Below, piece after piece: positions 51,117-62,017 of a stretch of 64,000 bases of DNA (position 1 is its first letter; each line of letters begins with the position of its first letter). The DNA comes from Nitrosopumilus sp. (GTDB lineage Archaea > Thermoproteota > Nitrososphaeria > Nitrososphaerales > Nitrosopumilaceae): the NCBI GenBank assembly GCA_965204345.1, contig OZ241981.1:1216001-1280000 (forward strand), given 5' to 3'. Below the pieces are notes generated by a model. It saw only the letters and a program-made list of their open reading frames with translations, ran no database searches and was not told where the DNA came from. The position numbers were made by a program, and so were the translations under genes.

Positions 51117-51431
51117 CTAACTTTCTGCTTTTTCTTTTTTACTCTTTGACCACCATTCTAGATAGTCATCATGTTTATCATCACGTGTCCTTTCCTTCTG
51201 ATTTAATTTGAATCTAATATCTGAAACCTCTTCCCTTGTTGCATACAATCCGCATCGCTTACAGATAAAATGTCGCCTATTCTTTTCATCCATTTTCATT
51301 GGAATATCAATTTCATCAAATAACTTGAATAATGCGTCTCTGCTTCTATCCTCCTCTTCTGGGAAATCTTCTATGTATTTTGCTTCTATCTTCTTCTTCT
51401 CTCGTGATGTACATTCAGGACAGTTAGGCAC
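51117..51431 (-). CDS. Zinc-ribbon hypothetical protein
   Basis: CPEC ... CKRCG. Confidence 0.75.
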   Translation of the reverse strand: MPNCPECTSREKKKIEAKYIEDFPEEEDRSRDALFKLFDEIDIPMKMDEKNRRHFICKRCGLYATREEVSDIRFKLNQKERTRDDKHDDYLEWWSKSKKEKAES

Positions 51432-51491
51432 TGATGATTTGGCTTAATTTTTTCCATAAAAGCGTTCCCACATTCTTAATTGATCGATATT

Positions 51492-51559
51492 ATCTGACAC
51501 GCAGATTTTTTCATCATCCCTTTCGGTCCGTTCGCCCATCGAAATCCTACGTGCCAGAT
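51492..51559 (-). ncRNA. Candidate structured RNA with D/C-box (K-loop-like) motif
   Basis: Minus-strand stem ATCTGGCACGTA-G-GATTT/AAATC-TGCGTGTCAGAT (G-U pairs favour minus strand) enclosing CCGA-AAGGG-ATGATGA. Confidence 0.5.
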
Positions 51560-51583
51560 GAACAAAATCATGTAAATAATGTA

Positions 51584-52819
51584 TTATCTCTTTTCCTCTA
51601 AGATCTGAGCAGCAATCCTGGCTGAATTTTCTGCCCCATTGGGAACAAAATTCTCTGAAAATTTATTCAAGCTATCTTGAAATTCATCATAATTTTCTTT
51701 AATTTTAGATATTCCCGCAGTTACCTGGTCTGTTTTTATGGCTAAAATTCCCAGTTTTTCTTCTTCTGCCCATTTGATATTATTAGTATGCTCATCATAA
51801 ACTGGAATCCCGATTATCGGCTTTGCTTTTCCACCCATTATTTCTCCCATTACCGTATGTGATCCATTAACTACTGCATACTTACATAAATTCAAAACTG
51901 TATCTTTTTCCTGTTCTGATAGAAATCCAACATCAATCTGTAACCAATCAATCTTTTTATCCAGTGCTTCAGATATTGAATATTTTTTTCCATCTTTTCC
52001 TAACACTGAATCTATATCTGGATTATTTCTTGCATGTGATATTATTCTTTTTTCATCTTTCATTTCATTCTGATGAAATACTTTTTCATATCTCTCACCA
52101 GTACCATCGTTTGTCGATTTATTTCCGGTTCTCATCCAATAACCAAATTCTTCATTCTTTACTAATTTTTCAAGATTTGAAGTTTTCTCCTTTTTAACTT
52201 GCTTATTGCCTGTAAAATGTCCTACATAGATAATCTTTTTTTCTACCTCTTTTGTAAAATTCAGGTTATATTCACACATTGTGTATGGCGGCGGCGAATC
52301 TGCAACAAGAATTTTTGAAGCTTTTTCAATCTGTTTTGCAATAAAAATTAGTGATGGATAAAGATATGCCCTTGAACTATACAATTTTGGTCTAAACTGA
52401 TTTGTTATAAACAGGCTTGGAATATTACGATTTTTTGCTAAAATATTTGATCCCATATCCCCATCATTAACCACCAGATCAAATTTTTCCTTGTCGTAAA
52501 GCTTTCTTTCTTCTCTTAAATAATCTACAACTTGTCTTACTAACGCAGGATTTTTTGAAACTGGTAATAACAAATTCATCAATGACAATGAAATACTAGG
52601 ACCGAATTTACCATCAATTGGCGTTGGCATTAAAATTTGATGGATTTTCTCTCTTTGATCAGGAAATTTCTTTAATAATTTTTCATAAACATGATCTTTG
52701 CTAGAAAAATGAACCTCAAATTTTTCTTTAAGATGATCCCCTAATACATCATTAAACCTCATCATTCGTGAATAATGACCGCTTCCCCAAGGGTAGATGA
52801 ATTCTCCTATTTTGAGCAC
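51584..52819 (-). CDS. GT-B glycosyltransferase (GT28/MJ1255-like)
   Basis: WGSGHYSR, ITNQ, YVG, NGSHTVMGE..GKAKPIIGIP..EH. Confidence 0.85.
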   Translation of the reverse strand: MLKIGEFIYPWGSGHYSRMMRFNDVLGDHLKEKFEVHFSSKDHVYEKLLKKFPDQREKIHQILMPTPIDGKFGPSISLSLMNLLLPVSKNPALVRQVVDYLREERKLYDKEKFDLVVNDGDMGSNILAKNRNIPSLFITNQFRPKLYSSRAYLYPSLIFIAKQIEKASKILVADSPPPYTMCEYNLNFTKEVEKKIIYVGHFTGNKQVKKEKTSNLEKLVKNEEFGYWMRTGNKSTNDGTGERYEKVFHQNEMKDEKRIISHARNNPDIDSVLGKDGKKYSISEALDKKIDWLQIDVGFLSEQEKDTVLNLCKYAVVNGSHTVMGEIMGGKAKPIIGIPVYDEHTNNIKWAEEEKLGILAIKTDQVTAGISKIKENYDEFQDSLNKFSENFVPNGAENSARIAAQILEEKR

Positions 52820-52850
52820 AATGTGGAATAAAATAATGCCGTTTAAATTC

Positions 52851-53984
52851 TCAATGATTTTCTAGCGAGTCCAAAATATCATGTAGGTTGTTTGGTCCCA
52901 CTTTGATTTTGATCTTTTTCTTTGTTTCAAGCCCATACTCTACATCTTTTTTTGAAAAAGAAGGAATTTCATTTGAGGTCATGGTGACCATCTTTTCTAA
53001 TTTTTTGATATTTCTTTCCAATCCAATCTCCTTTGCCTCTTCAAACAAATTAACATCAACACCAGTTAATGGAAGTATGGGAAATTTCTTTCTTTCAAAC
53101 ACCCGTTTTAATGAATTATCAACAAACTCTGGAGAAAAAACCAAGGGTGACAATGCCAATGATACCCGTCTGTTTGAATATTGTAGTAATATTTCTAATA
53201 TTGAATTTACATAAATTAAATAATTTTTAATTCCATTAGGATTAATTTTTAATTCCAGGAACTCAAAATCAATATTATCTTGCATCAATCTTGGTATTAT
53301 CTGATTAATTATTTTTGCAAGATTCATTAGTTCTGATTTTTGTCTAAAACAGACTATTATTTTTACGTCATAACCCTGCTTTATTGTCTCAAAGCAGGAA
53401 ACTGCTGAAATTTCATCATATACTGCACAAATGGTTTTTTCCTTTTGTGATCTATATGGAATTCCACCATTACCTTGATCTGAAAAAATACAGATATATG
53501 CATTATTTTTTGTCAAGTATGTGTAAAGCAGTTTATCAAAATCTTCATCTGTTCCTGGCCGTGCACCTAAATTTGATTTTTTTTCTATGATATCTGATGT
53601 AGCTGCAATTTCTGCATCTTTTGTTACAAATCCTTTTGATGTTCCTTCTACTTTAACCAAAAATTTTTCACCCCTTAATAGCAAATTACCTCCAATTGAT
53701 GTAATTTCAGAAACAATATCTTTGAAATTATTGTCTATCTGTCTTGCTATTGCTATTTTTTCAATACCGAAAAGCAAATTGATAGTAGATGATGCAAATA
53801 CTGGATCGTTTGCATCCACTAAAATTACATCACCATCGCGTTTAACAGACTTGAATTCCTGATTTTTCATTTTTAGAATTTTCTTGATGTTTGAAACCAA
53901 ATCTGGAATCTTATTTTTTGAAAATATTGTTGGAAAAACTACTACATATGATATTTCATTCATATTTTCTGTTTTAAAATTCAC
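52851..53984 (-). CDS. THUMP-domain ThiI-like protein with degenerate PP-loop
   Basis: LFGIEKI and FLVKV THUMP region, GNGGIP; no SGGxDS. Confidence 0.7.
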   Translation of the reverse strand: MNFKTENMNEISYVVVFPTIFSKNKIPDLVSNIKKILKMKNQEFKSVKRDGDVILVDANDPVFASSTINLLFGIEKIAIARQIDNNFKDIVSEITSIGGNLLLRGEKFLVKVEGTSKGFVTKDAEIAATSDIIEKKSNLGARPGTDEDFDKLLYTYLTKNNAYICIFSDQGNGGIPYRSQKEKTICAVYDEISAVSCFETIKQGYDVKIIVCFRQKSELMNLAKIINQIIPRLMQDNIDFEFLELKINPNGIKNYLIYVNSILEILLQYSNRRVSLALSPLVFSPEFVDNSLKRVFERKKFPILPLTGVDVNLFEEAKEIGLERNIKKLEKMVTMTSNEIPSFSKKDVEYGLETKKKIKIKVGPNNLHDILDSLENH

Positions 53985-54048
53985 TTGTTTATAATTTAGG
54001 ATAAAACCTACGGGTAATCAATATAAAACTAATAATTTCAGTAAAAAT

Positions 54049-54774
54049 GTGACAAAGTTTACACAAGAACAAGTAGATGATCTGAACTCTAAAATAAAAA
54101 CCACAGAAGAAGCGTTACAATGGGCTTCTGATAATCTTCATCCCAAAGTTGCAAAAGCGTCAAGTTTTGGCGCCGAAGACGCCGTCGTTATGGACATTAT
54201 GCTAAAAATCAATCCTCATTTCCGATTTTTCACCCTTGATACTGGAAGATTGCCACAGGAAACCTATGACATCATAGATATCGTTAGCAAAAAATACAAC
54301 ATTTCTGTTGAAGTCTTGTTTCCTGATACAAAAGAAGTTGAAGGCATGGTTCGGGATAAAGGCATGAATCTGTTTTATGAAAGTGTGGAAAACAGAAAAC
54401 TGTGTTGTGAAATTCGTAAAGTACACCCAATGAATAAGATGCTCAATACATTAGACGGTTGGGTTACCGGAATAAGGCGTGATCAGACCAAAAACAGAGA
54501 AAACGTAACAATTTTTCAGCTTGATCACGCTCATGATGGAATTTTAAAAATTAATCCAATCATTGATTGGACTTGGCAGCAAGTTCAGGATTATATAAAA
54601 AACAACAATCTGCCATGCAACAACCTTCTTGATAAAAACTATTCAAGCATAGGATGTGAACCATGTACCAGACCCATTAAGCCTGGCGAAGACATTAGAT
54701 CAGGTAGATGGTGGTGGGAACAAGATGGAAACAAAGAGTGCGGCCTTCATATAGAGCGTAAAAGAGCAGATTAG
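54049..54774 (+). CDS. cysH: APS/PAPS reductase (Fe-S type)
   Basis: [37 protein letters not shown]. Confidence 0.95.
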   Translation: MTKFTQEQVDDLNSKIKTTEEALQWASDNLHPKVAKASSFGAEDAVVMDIMLKINPHFRFFTLDTGRLPQETYDIIDIVSKKYNISVEVLFPDTKEVEGMVRDKGMNLFYESVENRKLCCEIRKVHPMNKMLNTLDGWVTGIRRDQTKNRENVTIFQLDHAHDGILKINPIIDWTWQQVQDYIKNNNLPCNNLLDKNYSSIGCEPCTRPIKPGEDIRSGRWWWEQDGNKECGLHIERKRAD

Positions 54775-54775
54775 C

Positions 54776-55924
54776 ATGTCTGAAAATGATTCAATTAAAC
54801 CTCATGGCGGAGTCTTGATAAATAGAATTACCAAAATAGATGATGATCCTATCGGATTATTCTCACTAACAATTCCTGAAGATCTTGCTAATGATGTAGA
54901 AAATATAGCAGATGGAATTTTTAGTCCACTAGAGGGATTTTTAGGACAAGAAGATTTTGAAAGTGTTATTTCTAGGGGCAGATTATCAAATGATTTGGCA
55001 TGGACTATTCCGATTGTACTTGATGTTGATGAAGATACAGCTTCTAAAATGAAAGAAGCTGGAGATGTTTTATTGCAAAATCCACAAGGAGTCAGAGTTG
55101 CAGTGTTGCATGTAGAGGAAACATATTCTTTTGATAAAGAAAAAACTATGCAAGGAGTTTATGGAACAACTGATTCATCTCATCCAGGTGTTGCAAAAAC
55201 TGCATCCATGAAAGATTGCCTTGTAGGTGGAAAAATTGATTATATTCAGAGACCTGATGATACTGAAATTAGAAAAAATCGATTAACGCCAATTCAAACA
55301 CGAGAATCTTTTGCTAAAGCAGGTTGGAAAACAATCTGTGCATTTCAAACTAGAAATCCACCACACGTAGCACATGAAATGCTACAAAAGACATCAATTA
55401 CAACACGCGATGGCGTATTTGTTAATCCAATCATTGGAAAGAAAAAATCCGGTGACTTTGTGGATGAAGTAATTGTCAAGTGCTATGAAACCATGATAAA
55501 GTCATACTATCCAGAAAACAGGTGTCAACTAGGAACTTTGCATACTGAAATGAAGTATGCAGGTCCCAAAGAAGCAATACATCATGCGATTATGAGACAA
55601 AATTATGGCTGTACACACATCATTATAGGACGTGATCATGCAGGTGTTGGAAAATTCTATGATCCATTTGCTGCACAAAAAATCTTCGATGACTACCCAG
55701 AGCTGCACATTGCCCCCGTATTTTTCCCGCCATTCTTTTACTGCAGAAAATGTCTTACATACACAACCCCAAAAGCCTGCCCGCATGATAATGACGTTAA
55801 AGAACAAATCAGCGGAACTGCGCTTCGAGAAATGATTCAAAACGGTCAAGCACCTTCTGAATTCATCTTAAGACCAGAAGTGGCACAAGTAATCTTGGAT
55901 CATCCAAAACCTTTTGTTGATTAG
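54776..55924 (+). CDS. sat: Sulfate adenylyltransferase
   Basis: [29 protein letters not shown]. Confidence 0.96.
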   Translation: MSENDSIKPHGGVLINRITKIDDDPIGLFSLTIPEDLANDVENIADGIFSPLEGFLGQEDFESVISRGRLSNDLAWTIPIVLDVDEDTASKMKEAGDVLLQNPQGVRVAVLHVEETYSFDKEKTMQGVYGTTDSSHPGVAKTASMKDCLVGGKIDYIQRPDDTEIRKNRLTPIQTRESFAKAGWKTICAFQTRNPPHVAHEMLQKTSITTRDGVFVNPIIGKKKSGDFVDEVIVKCYETMIKSYYPENRCQLGTLHTEMKYAGPKEAIHHAIMRQNYGCTHIIIGRDHAGVGKFYDPFAAQKIFDDYPELHIAPVFFPPFFYCRKCLTYTTPKACPHDNDVKEQISGTALREMIQNGQAPSEFILRPEVAQVILDHPKPFVD

Positions 55925-55955
55925 ATTTTTATTCAATCAGATCTGCACCTAGCTT

Positions 55956-56621
55956 GTGAAGTATATTCTTACATCAATTCTGTTATCTGTAATTTTTGCA
56001 TCTCCGGCATTTGCTCAGGAACAAAACAATCCGTCACTGATTATTGATACATTAGAAATTCCTGCAGACGAATTTAACACAGTATTACGTGAGGCGCCAA
56101 TAAGAGCTCTTGATGATTTACATGCAGTTAGTTGGCAAGTTACAATTGATAACAATTTGCTGTATGCAAATCCAAATGGCAATGCAGCTCTAAGACTGTA
56201 TGATCAAAGCACACACGATGAGTTTATTGAAGTTGGCATGGGTTCACAACCTGACAACAAGTTTTGGGTTGCAGTTCAAACTCCAAAGGAAGGTTATGTT
56301 GTTGTTCACAGGGATTTAGATAGAGGCTGGTATCCATCAGCAAAATCAATCATATCCTTTACTGATAGGGCAGGACTCACTGTCAATAACGGTGCTAGAA
56401 TTGTTGTAACTAATCTGGATATTGGGGAATTTGCAATTCATTCGTATTCTGTTCATGGAATGGAGAGTTCCACTGATCCTCCTGCAATAAATTCTGGCAG
56501 CATGATTGTAGAATTTCTATCAGGCGATCCTGCAAAGAACGTGTTTGCACTGTTTCCATTCTATGTTGCAGCAGGCATAGGCGTAATAGTTGGCGCATTA
56601 TTTCTAACTAAGAAGCGTTAA
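55956..56621 (+). CDS. Secreted, C-terminally anchored hypothetical protein
   Basis: Signal peptide (PAFAQ), beta-rich body, C-terminal TM plus KKR. Confidence 0.75.
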   Translation: MKYILTSILLSVIFASPAFAQEQNNPSLIIDTLEIPADEFNTVLREAPIRALDDLHAVSWQVTIDNNLLYANPNGNAALRLYDQSTHDEFIEVGMGSQPDNKFWVAVQTPKEGYVVVHRDLDRGWYPSAKSIISFTDRAGLTVNNGARIVVTNLDIGEFAIHSYSVHGMESSTDPPAINSGSMIVEFLSGDPAKNVFALFPFYVAAGIGVIVGALFLTKKR

Positions 56622-57282
56622 GTGACTTGTAATATTTACAGCTCTTTTTAATTTTACATACATTACACATTGGTGAAACTGGCTTGCAAATATTCTGACC
56701 ATACATTACAAATGTATCATTAATGTCAATCCAATACTTTTTTTTAATTTTTTTCATCAATTCCTGCTCTGTATCTTCGGGATCTTTTGTTCTGACTAGT
56801 CCCAATCTATTTGAAATTCTATGAACATGAATATCAACTGGGATTGCTGGCTTTTCAAATGCATAGACTAGGACACAATTTGCAGTTTTTCTTCCAACTC
56901 CTGGCAATTGGACTAGGGTCTCTAAATCATCTGGAACTTTGCCCCTGTATTTTGTACTAATTATCTTTGCAACTTCAATAATTCTTTTAGATTTTACGTG
57001 AAAAAATCCAATCGATTTAATTATTTTCTCTACGTCTCCTACTTTTGCATTTGATAGCTGCTTTGGATTCTTGTATTTCTTAAATAATTCCTTGACCGCT
57101 TTTGTTGTAGCCTCATCTTTTGTTCTTGCAGATAGTATAGTCCCAATCAAAATGCTAAACGGACCGGTTTCTGCATCATGAAGATCTCTTAATGCAGTAA
57201 TTCTTGGCGGCTTTACGGCATTCATGGTATCAGTCATTCCACGAAGAATCTTTTGCATTTCTAATTGAAAAACTACATACAA
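56608..57282 (-). CDS. nth: Endonuclease III
   Basis: LSARTKD, LPGVGRKTAN HhH, VDIHV, Cx6Cx2Cx5C. Confidence 0.94.
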   Translation of the reverse strand: MYVVFQLEMQKILRGMTDTMNAVKPPRITALRDLHDAETGPFSILIGTILSARTKDEATTKAVKELFKKYKNPKQLSNAKVGDVEKIIKSIGFFHVKSKRIIEVAKIISTKYRGKVPDDLETLVQLPGVGRKTANCVLVYAFEKPAIPVDIHVHRISNRLGLVRTKDPEDTEQELMKKIKKKYWIDINDTFVMYGQNICKPVSPMCNVCKIKKSCKYYKSLNAS

Positions 57283-57313
57283 GTATTATAACTGTAGTAA
57301 CAAATCAGTATTA

Positions 57314-58468
57314 TTGGAATTAACTAGAGAAGAGGAATCTGCACTAAAAGGCGAGCAGGGAGAAATAATGCAGATGGCATACAGAATTTTGGTTGCAACC
57401 GGTGAGGCAACTGATGCTGAAAAACTGGTACAGATAGATTGGGCACATCTTTCTGGCGTAAACTATAATACAATTGGGGATGCGGGAGAAGGATTTCTCT
57501 CCGGCATCAGTAAAAACGCACGCGTTAAGGTAAAAACCACTCTAAATCCAATGGGATTTGATATTGATAATGTAAAAAATTATAATTTAGATGAGAATTT
57601 CATCTCAAAACAGCTCTCAATCCAAAATTCATATGAAACAATGGGCGTTATTCCGTCATATTCATGCATACCATACGAAATTTTTGACATTCCTACAAAT
57701 GGATCACAGGTTGCATTTGCTGAAAGTAATGCAGCAATCCATGCAAATTCATATGATAATCTAAAAACAAACAAAGAAAGCGCATTTAGTGCATTAGCTA
57801 GTGCACTTGTTGGAAAGAGCCCATACACCTCATTACGGAAAGAAGATGCTCCTAATGTTACAATTAGAATGAAAGTACAAAATCCTAACGAGTTAACATA
57901 TGGAATGCTTGGATTTTTTGCAGGCAAGGTTGGGGATACGTCTGTAAATGTTTCTGGCCTTGCAGAGATGGACAAGAGACAAACAAAGGCAATGTGTGGT
58001 GGAATGGGGACATCTGGCACCTGTGCCAAGTTTATCTTTGGGGATGGAGATTCTGGCTGTGAAAAAATAGATTTTGATGAAAAAGAGATGCAAAACGTGC
58101 ATGATGAGCTAAATACAGCAGAGAAAGGCGACTTGATAACGCTTGGCAGCCCTCAACTAGGATTGGACGAGATCACTGATCTTGCCGGCAAATTAAAGGG
58201 CCGTTCATTTGAAAAAAGATGCATGGTGTTTATGCCAAGAACTGTAAAAGAACAAGCGACAAAAATCGGATATATTACTGAACTTGAGCGGGCAGGATGT
58301 GAAATTTTATCTGATTGTTGTACGTGTTTGTCTCCCCTTATAAACAAAGACAATGTTGATGCAGTCACAACTAACAGCATCAAGGGTGCATTTTATCTTA
58401 AAAATTCCAACGGCGTAGATGTTAATCTAAAACCATTATCACAAATAGTTGAAGATGAGACACAATGA
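57314..58468 (+). CDS. Aconitase X large subunit (archaeal phosphomevalonate dehydratase)
   Basis: AHLSGVNY, SCIPY, AESNA, GSPQ, DCC, TNS.KG; followed by swivel subunit. Confidence 0.88.
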   Translation: MELTREEESALKGEQGEIMQMAYRILVATGEATDAEKLVQIDWAHLSGVNYNTIGDAGEGFLSGISKNARVKVKTTLNPMGFDIDNVKNYNLDENFISKQLSIQNSYETMGVIPSYSCIPYEIFDIPTNGSQVAFAESNAAIHANSYDNLKTNKESAFSALASALVGKSPYTSLRKEDAPNVTIRMKVQNPNELTYGMLGFFAGKVGDTSVNVSGLAEMDKRQTKAMCGGMGTSGTCAKFIFGDGDSGCEKIDFDEKEMQNVHDELNTAEKGDLITLGSPQLGLDEITDLAGKLKGRSFEKRCMVFMPRTVKEQATKIGYITELERAGCEILSDCCTCLSPLINKDNVDAVTTNSIKGAFYLKNSNGVDVNLKPLSQIVEDETQ

Positions 58469-58854
58469 AAAAAATTCTAGTTTCAGGAAAAATAAACGGC
58501 ATCGTTTTAAAATCTGATAATCCAATCAATTTTTTGGGCACAGTTGATAAAAAAACCGGGGTAATTAGTGACAGGAATCATGATCTATATGCCAAATCAA
58601 TCAAGGATACCGTTCTTGTCTTTCCATCAGGTGCAGGCAGCAGTGTAGGCGCATATACAATCTATTCAATAAAATCAAATAATGCGGCTCCGCTTGCAAT
58701 GATCTGTCAAAAAGCAGATCTTACAGTGGCTACCGGGTGTGCATTGGCAAACATTCCGTTAGTTATAGCTAGTGATGAAGAGTTTGTTTCTCTAAAGGAT
58801 GGAATGAAAATCTCATTTGATACTGATTCTTCTAGTCAAATTCATCACCAGTAA
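58465..58854 (+). CDS. Aconitase X swivel subunit (DUF126)
   Basis: FLGTVD..TG, LVFP.G.GSSVG. Confidence 0.88.
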   Translation: MKKILVSGKINGIVLKSDNPINFLGTVDKKTGVISDRNHDLYAKSIKDTVLVFPSGAGSSVGAYTIYSIKSNNAAPLAMICQKADLTVATGCALANIPLVIASDEEFVSLKDGMKISFDTDSSSQIHHQ

Positions 58855-60787
58855 AATCTCTCTTTTGTGAATTTCCCATCTCGACTTTTGCAATCTGACT
58901 CTTTCCAGCTGGCAATGCACGAACAAATTCATCTACGTGTATTTTTCTTGTAATATCTTCAAACATTTTTGAAAATTCTATCCGTATCTTCTTGGCAGCT
59001 TCTGCCATCTCTAATCCGTGTGGTTCAATTATTGCATAGCACAAAGAATTTTTTTTAATTGGCTCAGGCGGACCGCATGTGAGCACATAATCATCATCTA
59101 TAGGAATAATTCCAACAGCCAATCGAAGCGTTTCTGATTTGATAAAATTTCTCTGTCCCTCAATTGTAAAGGAACCTTTTGGAAGAAACTCTCCACTTGG
59201 TGCTGATTTTTTTACCTGTTCTGGCCGAACCCAATATGCGCTCACACCATACATTCCCTCTCTCCATGCCCTACTAAAGCAGACTGTAGCATGCGCAATC
59301 TCATTCATACTTGAATCTGGTGCGTTTTCTGCATCCTTTAAAATAAAAAATGGCGAACCAAAAATATCACCGTGAAATATCTTATCATTTTTATCCAAAT
59401 GTTTTCTAATTACAGCCGAATTTGACGCAGCATCCCTGCCACCTATTGTAAGTAATCCATCGGTGGTAAAGAACCACCTATATCTTTCATACCAGTTTTT
59501 CTTTCGAATCTCTGAGACTAGAACCAAATCTTTCTCAGATTCCGTTTTACTTTGGAATTTTTCTAGCTTTTTCTCTGTTTTTTCCTTGATTGCCTGAATA
59601 GACGATATTGCACCTGATTGTTTTTTGGATTCATTAAACAGTACTGATGCAATTGACTGCAAGGGTGATGCAGTGTTAATCTTTATTTTTTCATCCTGAA
59701 CAACTACCAACGAAATCCCTTTTTCATTGATCAATTTTGCGTTATTGTTTGCTAAAATTTCTTGTGCTGACGTATCCTCAATTGATATTATTCCTTTTGA
59801 TATCATCTCATAAAGAGAGTTTGCAACCAACGTAATATTCTTCGATCTCTCTTTTACAGTTTCAATTGCTTTTTCTTGTTCAGAAATTTGAGTTTGCAAT
59901 TCCTTAATTTTTTTATCTGAACCGCTTGATTGAACTGACTTTCCCTTTTCAACTATGTTTTCTGTAAAAACCGTATCTAGTCCCTCGATAAAGCTGTTAG
60001 CTTCTGTTACTTCTCCCTCCAATTTTCCTAACTTAACAGGAAGAACTTCTGTTTTTTCATCTCTGACTATTACAGCTTGATGGTTGCCTGATACCACATC
60101 TGAAACAATTTTCTTTACAGTTTCAAAAATTTTCCCTGTCTCTTCATCTGTTAATAAATTTCCAATTTTTTTACCATCAACTTGGGCAATCCCAAAAACT
60201 GCCTCAACATATTTTTTTGGCAATCCCAATGTTCTTCCAAACCATTTTGCTGCAACCAAATCTGTTGTTTTAAGCCCATCAAAATCTGGTTCTTTAAGAT
60301 CAAAAATATCCAATCCGCTAACCGGCGGTTGTGCATATTCTAGGCCAACACTTAGCTTTCTGTGTCTGACTTCTATTGAATGCTGTAATGCAAGAATTTT
60401 CATTTCGTTATTACACAATAAAATATTTCCATCACCAAAGAATTCCCCTACCAAAACAAACTCTTTTCCAAATCCCTCAAAAATAAAATACGCAATTCTT
60501 TCTGCTCCGATCTGTTCTATTTTTTTTAATTTTAGTCTGAGCAGATCACTTCTTAATCTTTTGAGTAATCTGTTTGGTTCTATCTGATCAATCTTTACTG
60601 CAGTCAACCAGACACCAGATGTTGATATCATCATAAAGAGATCACTTTTTTCTGTATGATGAAGCTTGAAGAGGATGCTATCTTTTGTGATTCCATAAAT
60701 ATTGCTTATGTAGTATCCTTGAACCTGCTCTGAAATTTTATTTACCAAATATCGTAATTCTATCCCTGCCAGTGCCATATTCATCAT
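58832..60787 (-). CDS. rqcH: Ribosome quality control factor RqcH/NEMF (NFACT)
   Basis: EFFGDGNILL, WYERYRWF, GGRDAASN, QVKKSAPSGEFLPKGSF. Confidence 0.92.
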   Translation of the reverse strand: MMNMALAGIELRYLVNKISEQVQGYYISNIYGITKDSILFKLHHTEKSDLFMMISTSGVWLTAVKIDQIEPNRLLKRLRSDLLRLKLKKIEQIGAERIAYFIFEGFGKEFVLVGEFFGDGNILLCNNEMKILALQHSIEVRHRKLSVGLEYAQPPVSGLDIFDLKEPDFDGLKTTDLVAAKWFGRTLGLPKKYVEAVFGIAQVDGKKIGNLLTDEETGKIFETVKKIVSDVVSGNHQAVIVRDEKTEVLPVKLGKLEGEVTEANSFIEGLDTVFTENIVEKGKSVQSSGSDKKIKELQTQISEQEKAIETVKERSKNITLVANSLYEMISKGIISIEDTSAQEILANNNAKLINEKGISLVVVQDEKIKINTASPLQSIASVLFNESKKQSGAISSIQAIKEKTEKKLEKFQSKTESEKDLVLVSEIRKKNWYERYRWFFTTDGLLTIGGRDAASNSAVIRKHLDKNDKIFHGDIFGSPFFILKDAENAPDSSMNEIAHATVCFSRAWREGMYGVSAYWVRPEQVKKSAPSGEFLPKGSFTIEGQRNFIKSETLRLAVGIIPIDDDYVLTCGPPEPIKKNSLCYAIIEPHGLEMAEAAKKIRIEFSKMFEDITRKIHVDEFVRALPAGKSQIAKVEMGNSQKRDFTGDEFD

Positions 60788-60880
60788 GGATTGTGTCTAA
60801 AATTATACTCTTGCTTTGATACGCTTAATCATGACCAAAGATATTAAACATGGTTTGCTTGAGACACGCTAGAAATTTAC

Positions 60881-61363
60881 TTGGCAAAATTCAAAAAGAA
60901 AAAATCCAGACCTACAATTGACCCTAATGATTCAAAAAAAGAATCCATAAAAGAAGATATTCCTACAGATATTCCAGAAACAGAAAAACCTGAACCCGCT
61001 CCCGACATTCCTTCTGCAGATCCTCCGATCAGTATTGCTGAGAAGAGTGAAAAAGATAGAAAGCTAGGTAAGTTATACTGGATGCGTGTTGCTCTGGCCG
61101 TAATTGCCGGAACCGCATCCACTTTCATCTTTGAAGATATTGAAGGCGAAGACAGAAGATGGGCATCAATTGGATTCATGATTATAGTCTTTTTTGCAAC
61201 AGTAATTGTGGCAAAACAAATGAAGATGCAGCTACCGTCATCTGATAGAAAGAAAGTTGTTACACAGGCCATTGGAAGCTATGTTTTTCTGTATCTGTTT
61301 TCATGGATCGTAAGCTACACGCTGACTCATTTAGGAAGTACATCCGGTATAATCAATGTCTAG
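60881..61363 (+). CDS. EMC6-like 3-TM membrane protein
   Basis: YWMRVALAVIAG ... YVFLYLFSWIVSYTL pattern resembles EMC6. Confidence 0.6.
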   Translation: MAKFKKKKSRPTIDPNDSKKESIKEDIPTDIPETEKPEPAPDIPSADPPISIAEKSEKDRKLGKLYWMRVALAVIAGTASTFIFEDIEGEDRRWASIGFMIIVFFATVIVAKQMKMQLPSSDRKKVVTQAIGSYVFLYLFSWIVSYTLTHLGSTSGIINV

Positions 61364-61378
61364 ATTCATAATTACAAA

Positions 61379-61981
61379 GTGGTAATGCTGATGTGGAATT
61401 TTAAAACACCTGGCATTCCTGATGAAGAATTCGAAAGGACAGACAAAGTTCCTATCACAAAAGAAGAAGTAAGATCCATTCAGATTAGTAAGGCTCGATT
61501 AAAGTCAGGACAAACTGTTTATGATATTGGGTGTGGCAGCGGTTCTGTCTCAATTGAAGCTGCATTGCAAGTGGAATCATCTGGTAAGATACTGGCAGTT
61601 GATTATGATGAAAATGCAATTGAGCTAACAAAAAAGAATATCAAAAAATTCAACGTTTCAAACATATCAGTAATTTATGGTAATGCCAAAGACAAAATTT
61701 TGGAACTAGAAGAAGCTGATACTATATTTATTGGCGGCACCGGCGGTGATACTAGAGATATCGTTGAGCTTTCTGAAGCTAAATTAAAATCTGGAGGTAG
61801 AATTGTAATTGGGATCATCCTAATTGAGACTCTATATTCCGTGCTGCAGGTCCTAAACAGACTACAATTCGAATCTGTCGATATTACACAAGTAACAATA
61901 TCAAAAAGTCGAAGAACCAGTACGGGAACTATGATGCTTGCACGAAATCCCGTAACTATCATATCTGCGACTAAAATCTAA
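61379..61981 (+). CDS. cbiT: Cobalt-precorrin-6B C15-methyltransferase
   Basis: PGIPD, ITKEEVR, DIGCGSGS, FIGG, ARNPV. Confidence 0.93.
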   Translation: MVMLMWNFKTPGIPDEEFERTDKVPITKEEVRSIQISKARLKSGQTVYDIGCGSGSVSIEAALQVESSGKILAVDYDENAIELTKKNIKKFNVSNISVIYGNAKDKILELEEADTIFIGGTGGDTRDIVELSEAKLKSGGRIVIGIILIETLYSVLQVLNRLQFESVDITQVTISKSRRTSTGTMMLARNPVTIISATKI

Positions 61982-62017
61982 TCTAGATTTTTAATTAGGA
62001 AGAAAATCATATTTTTT

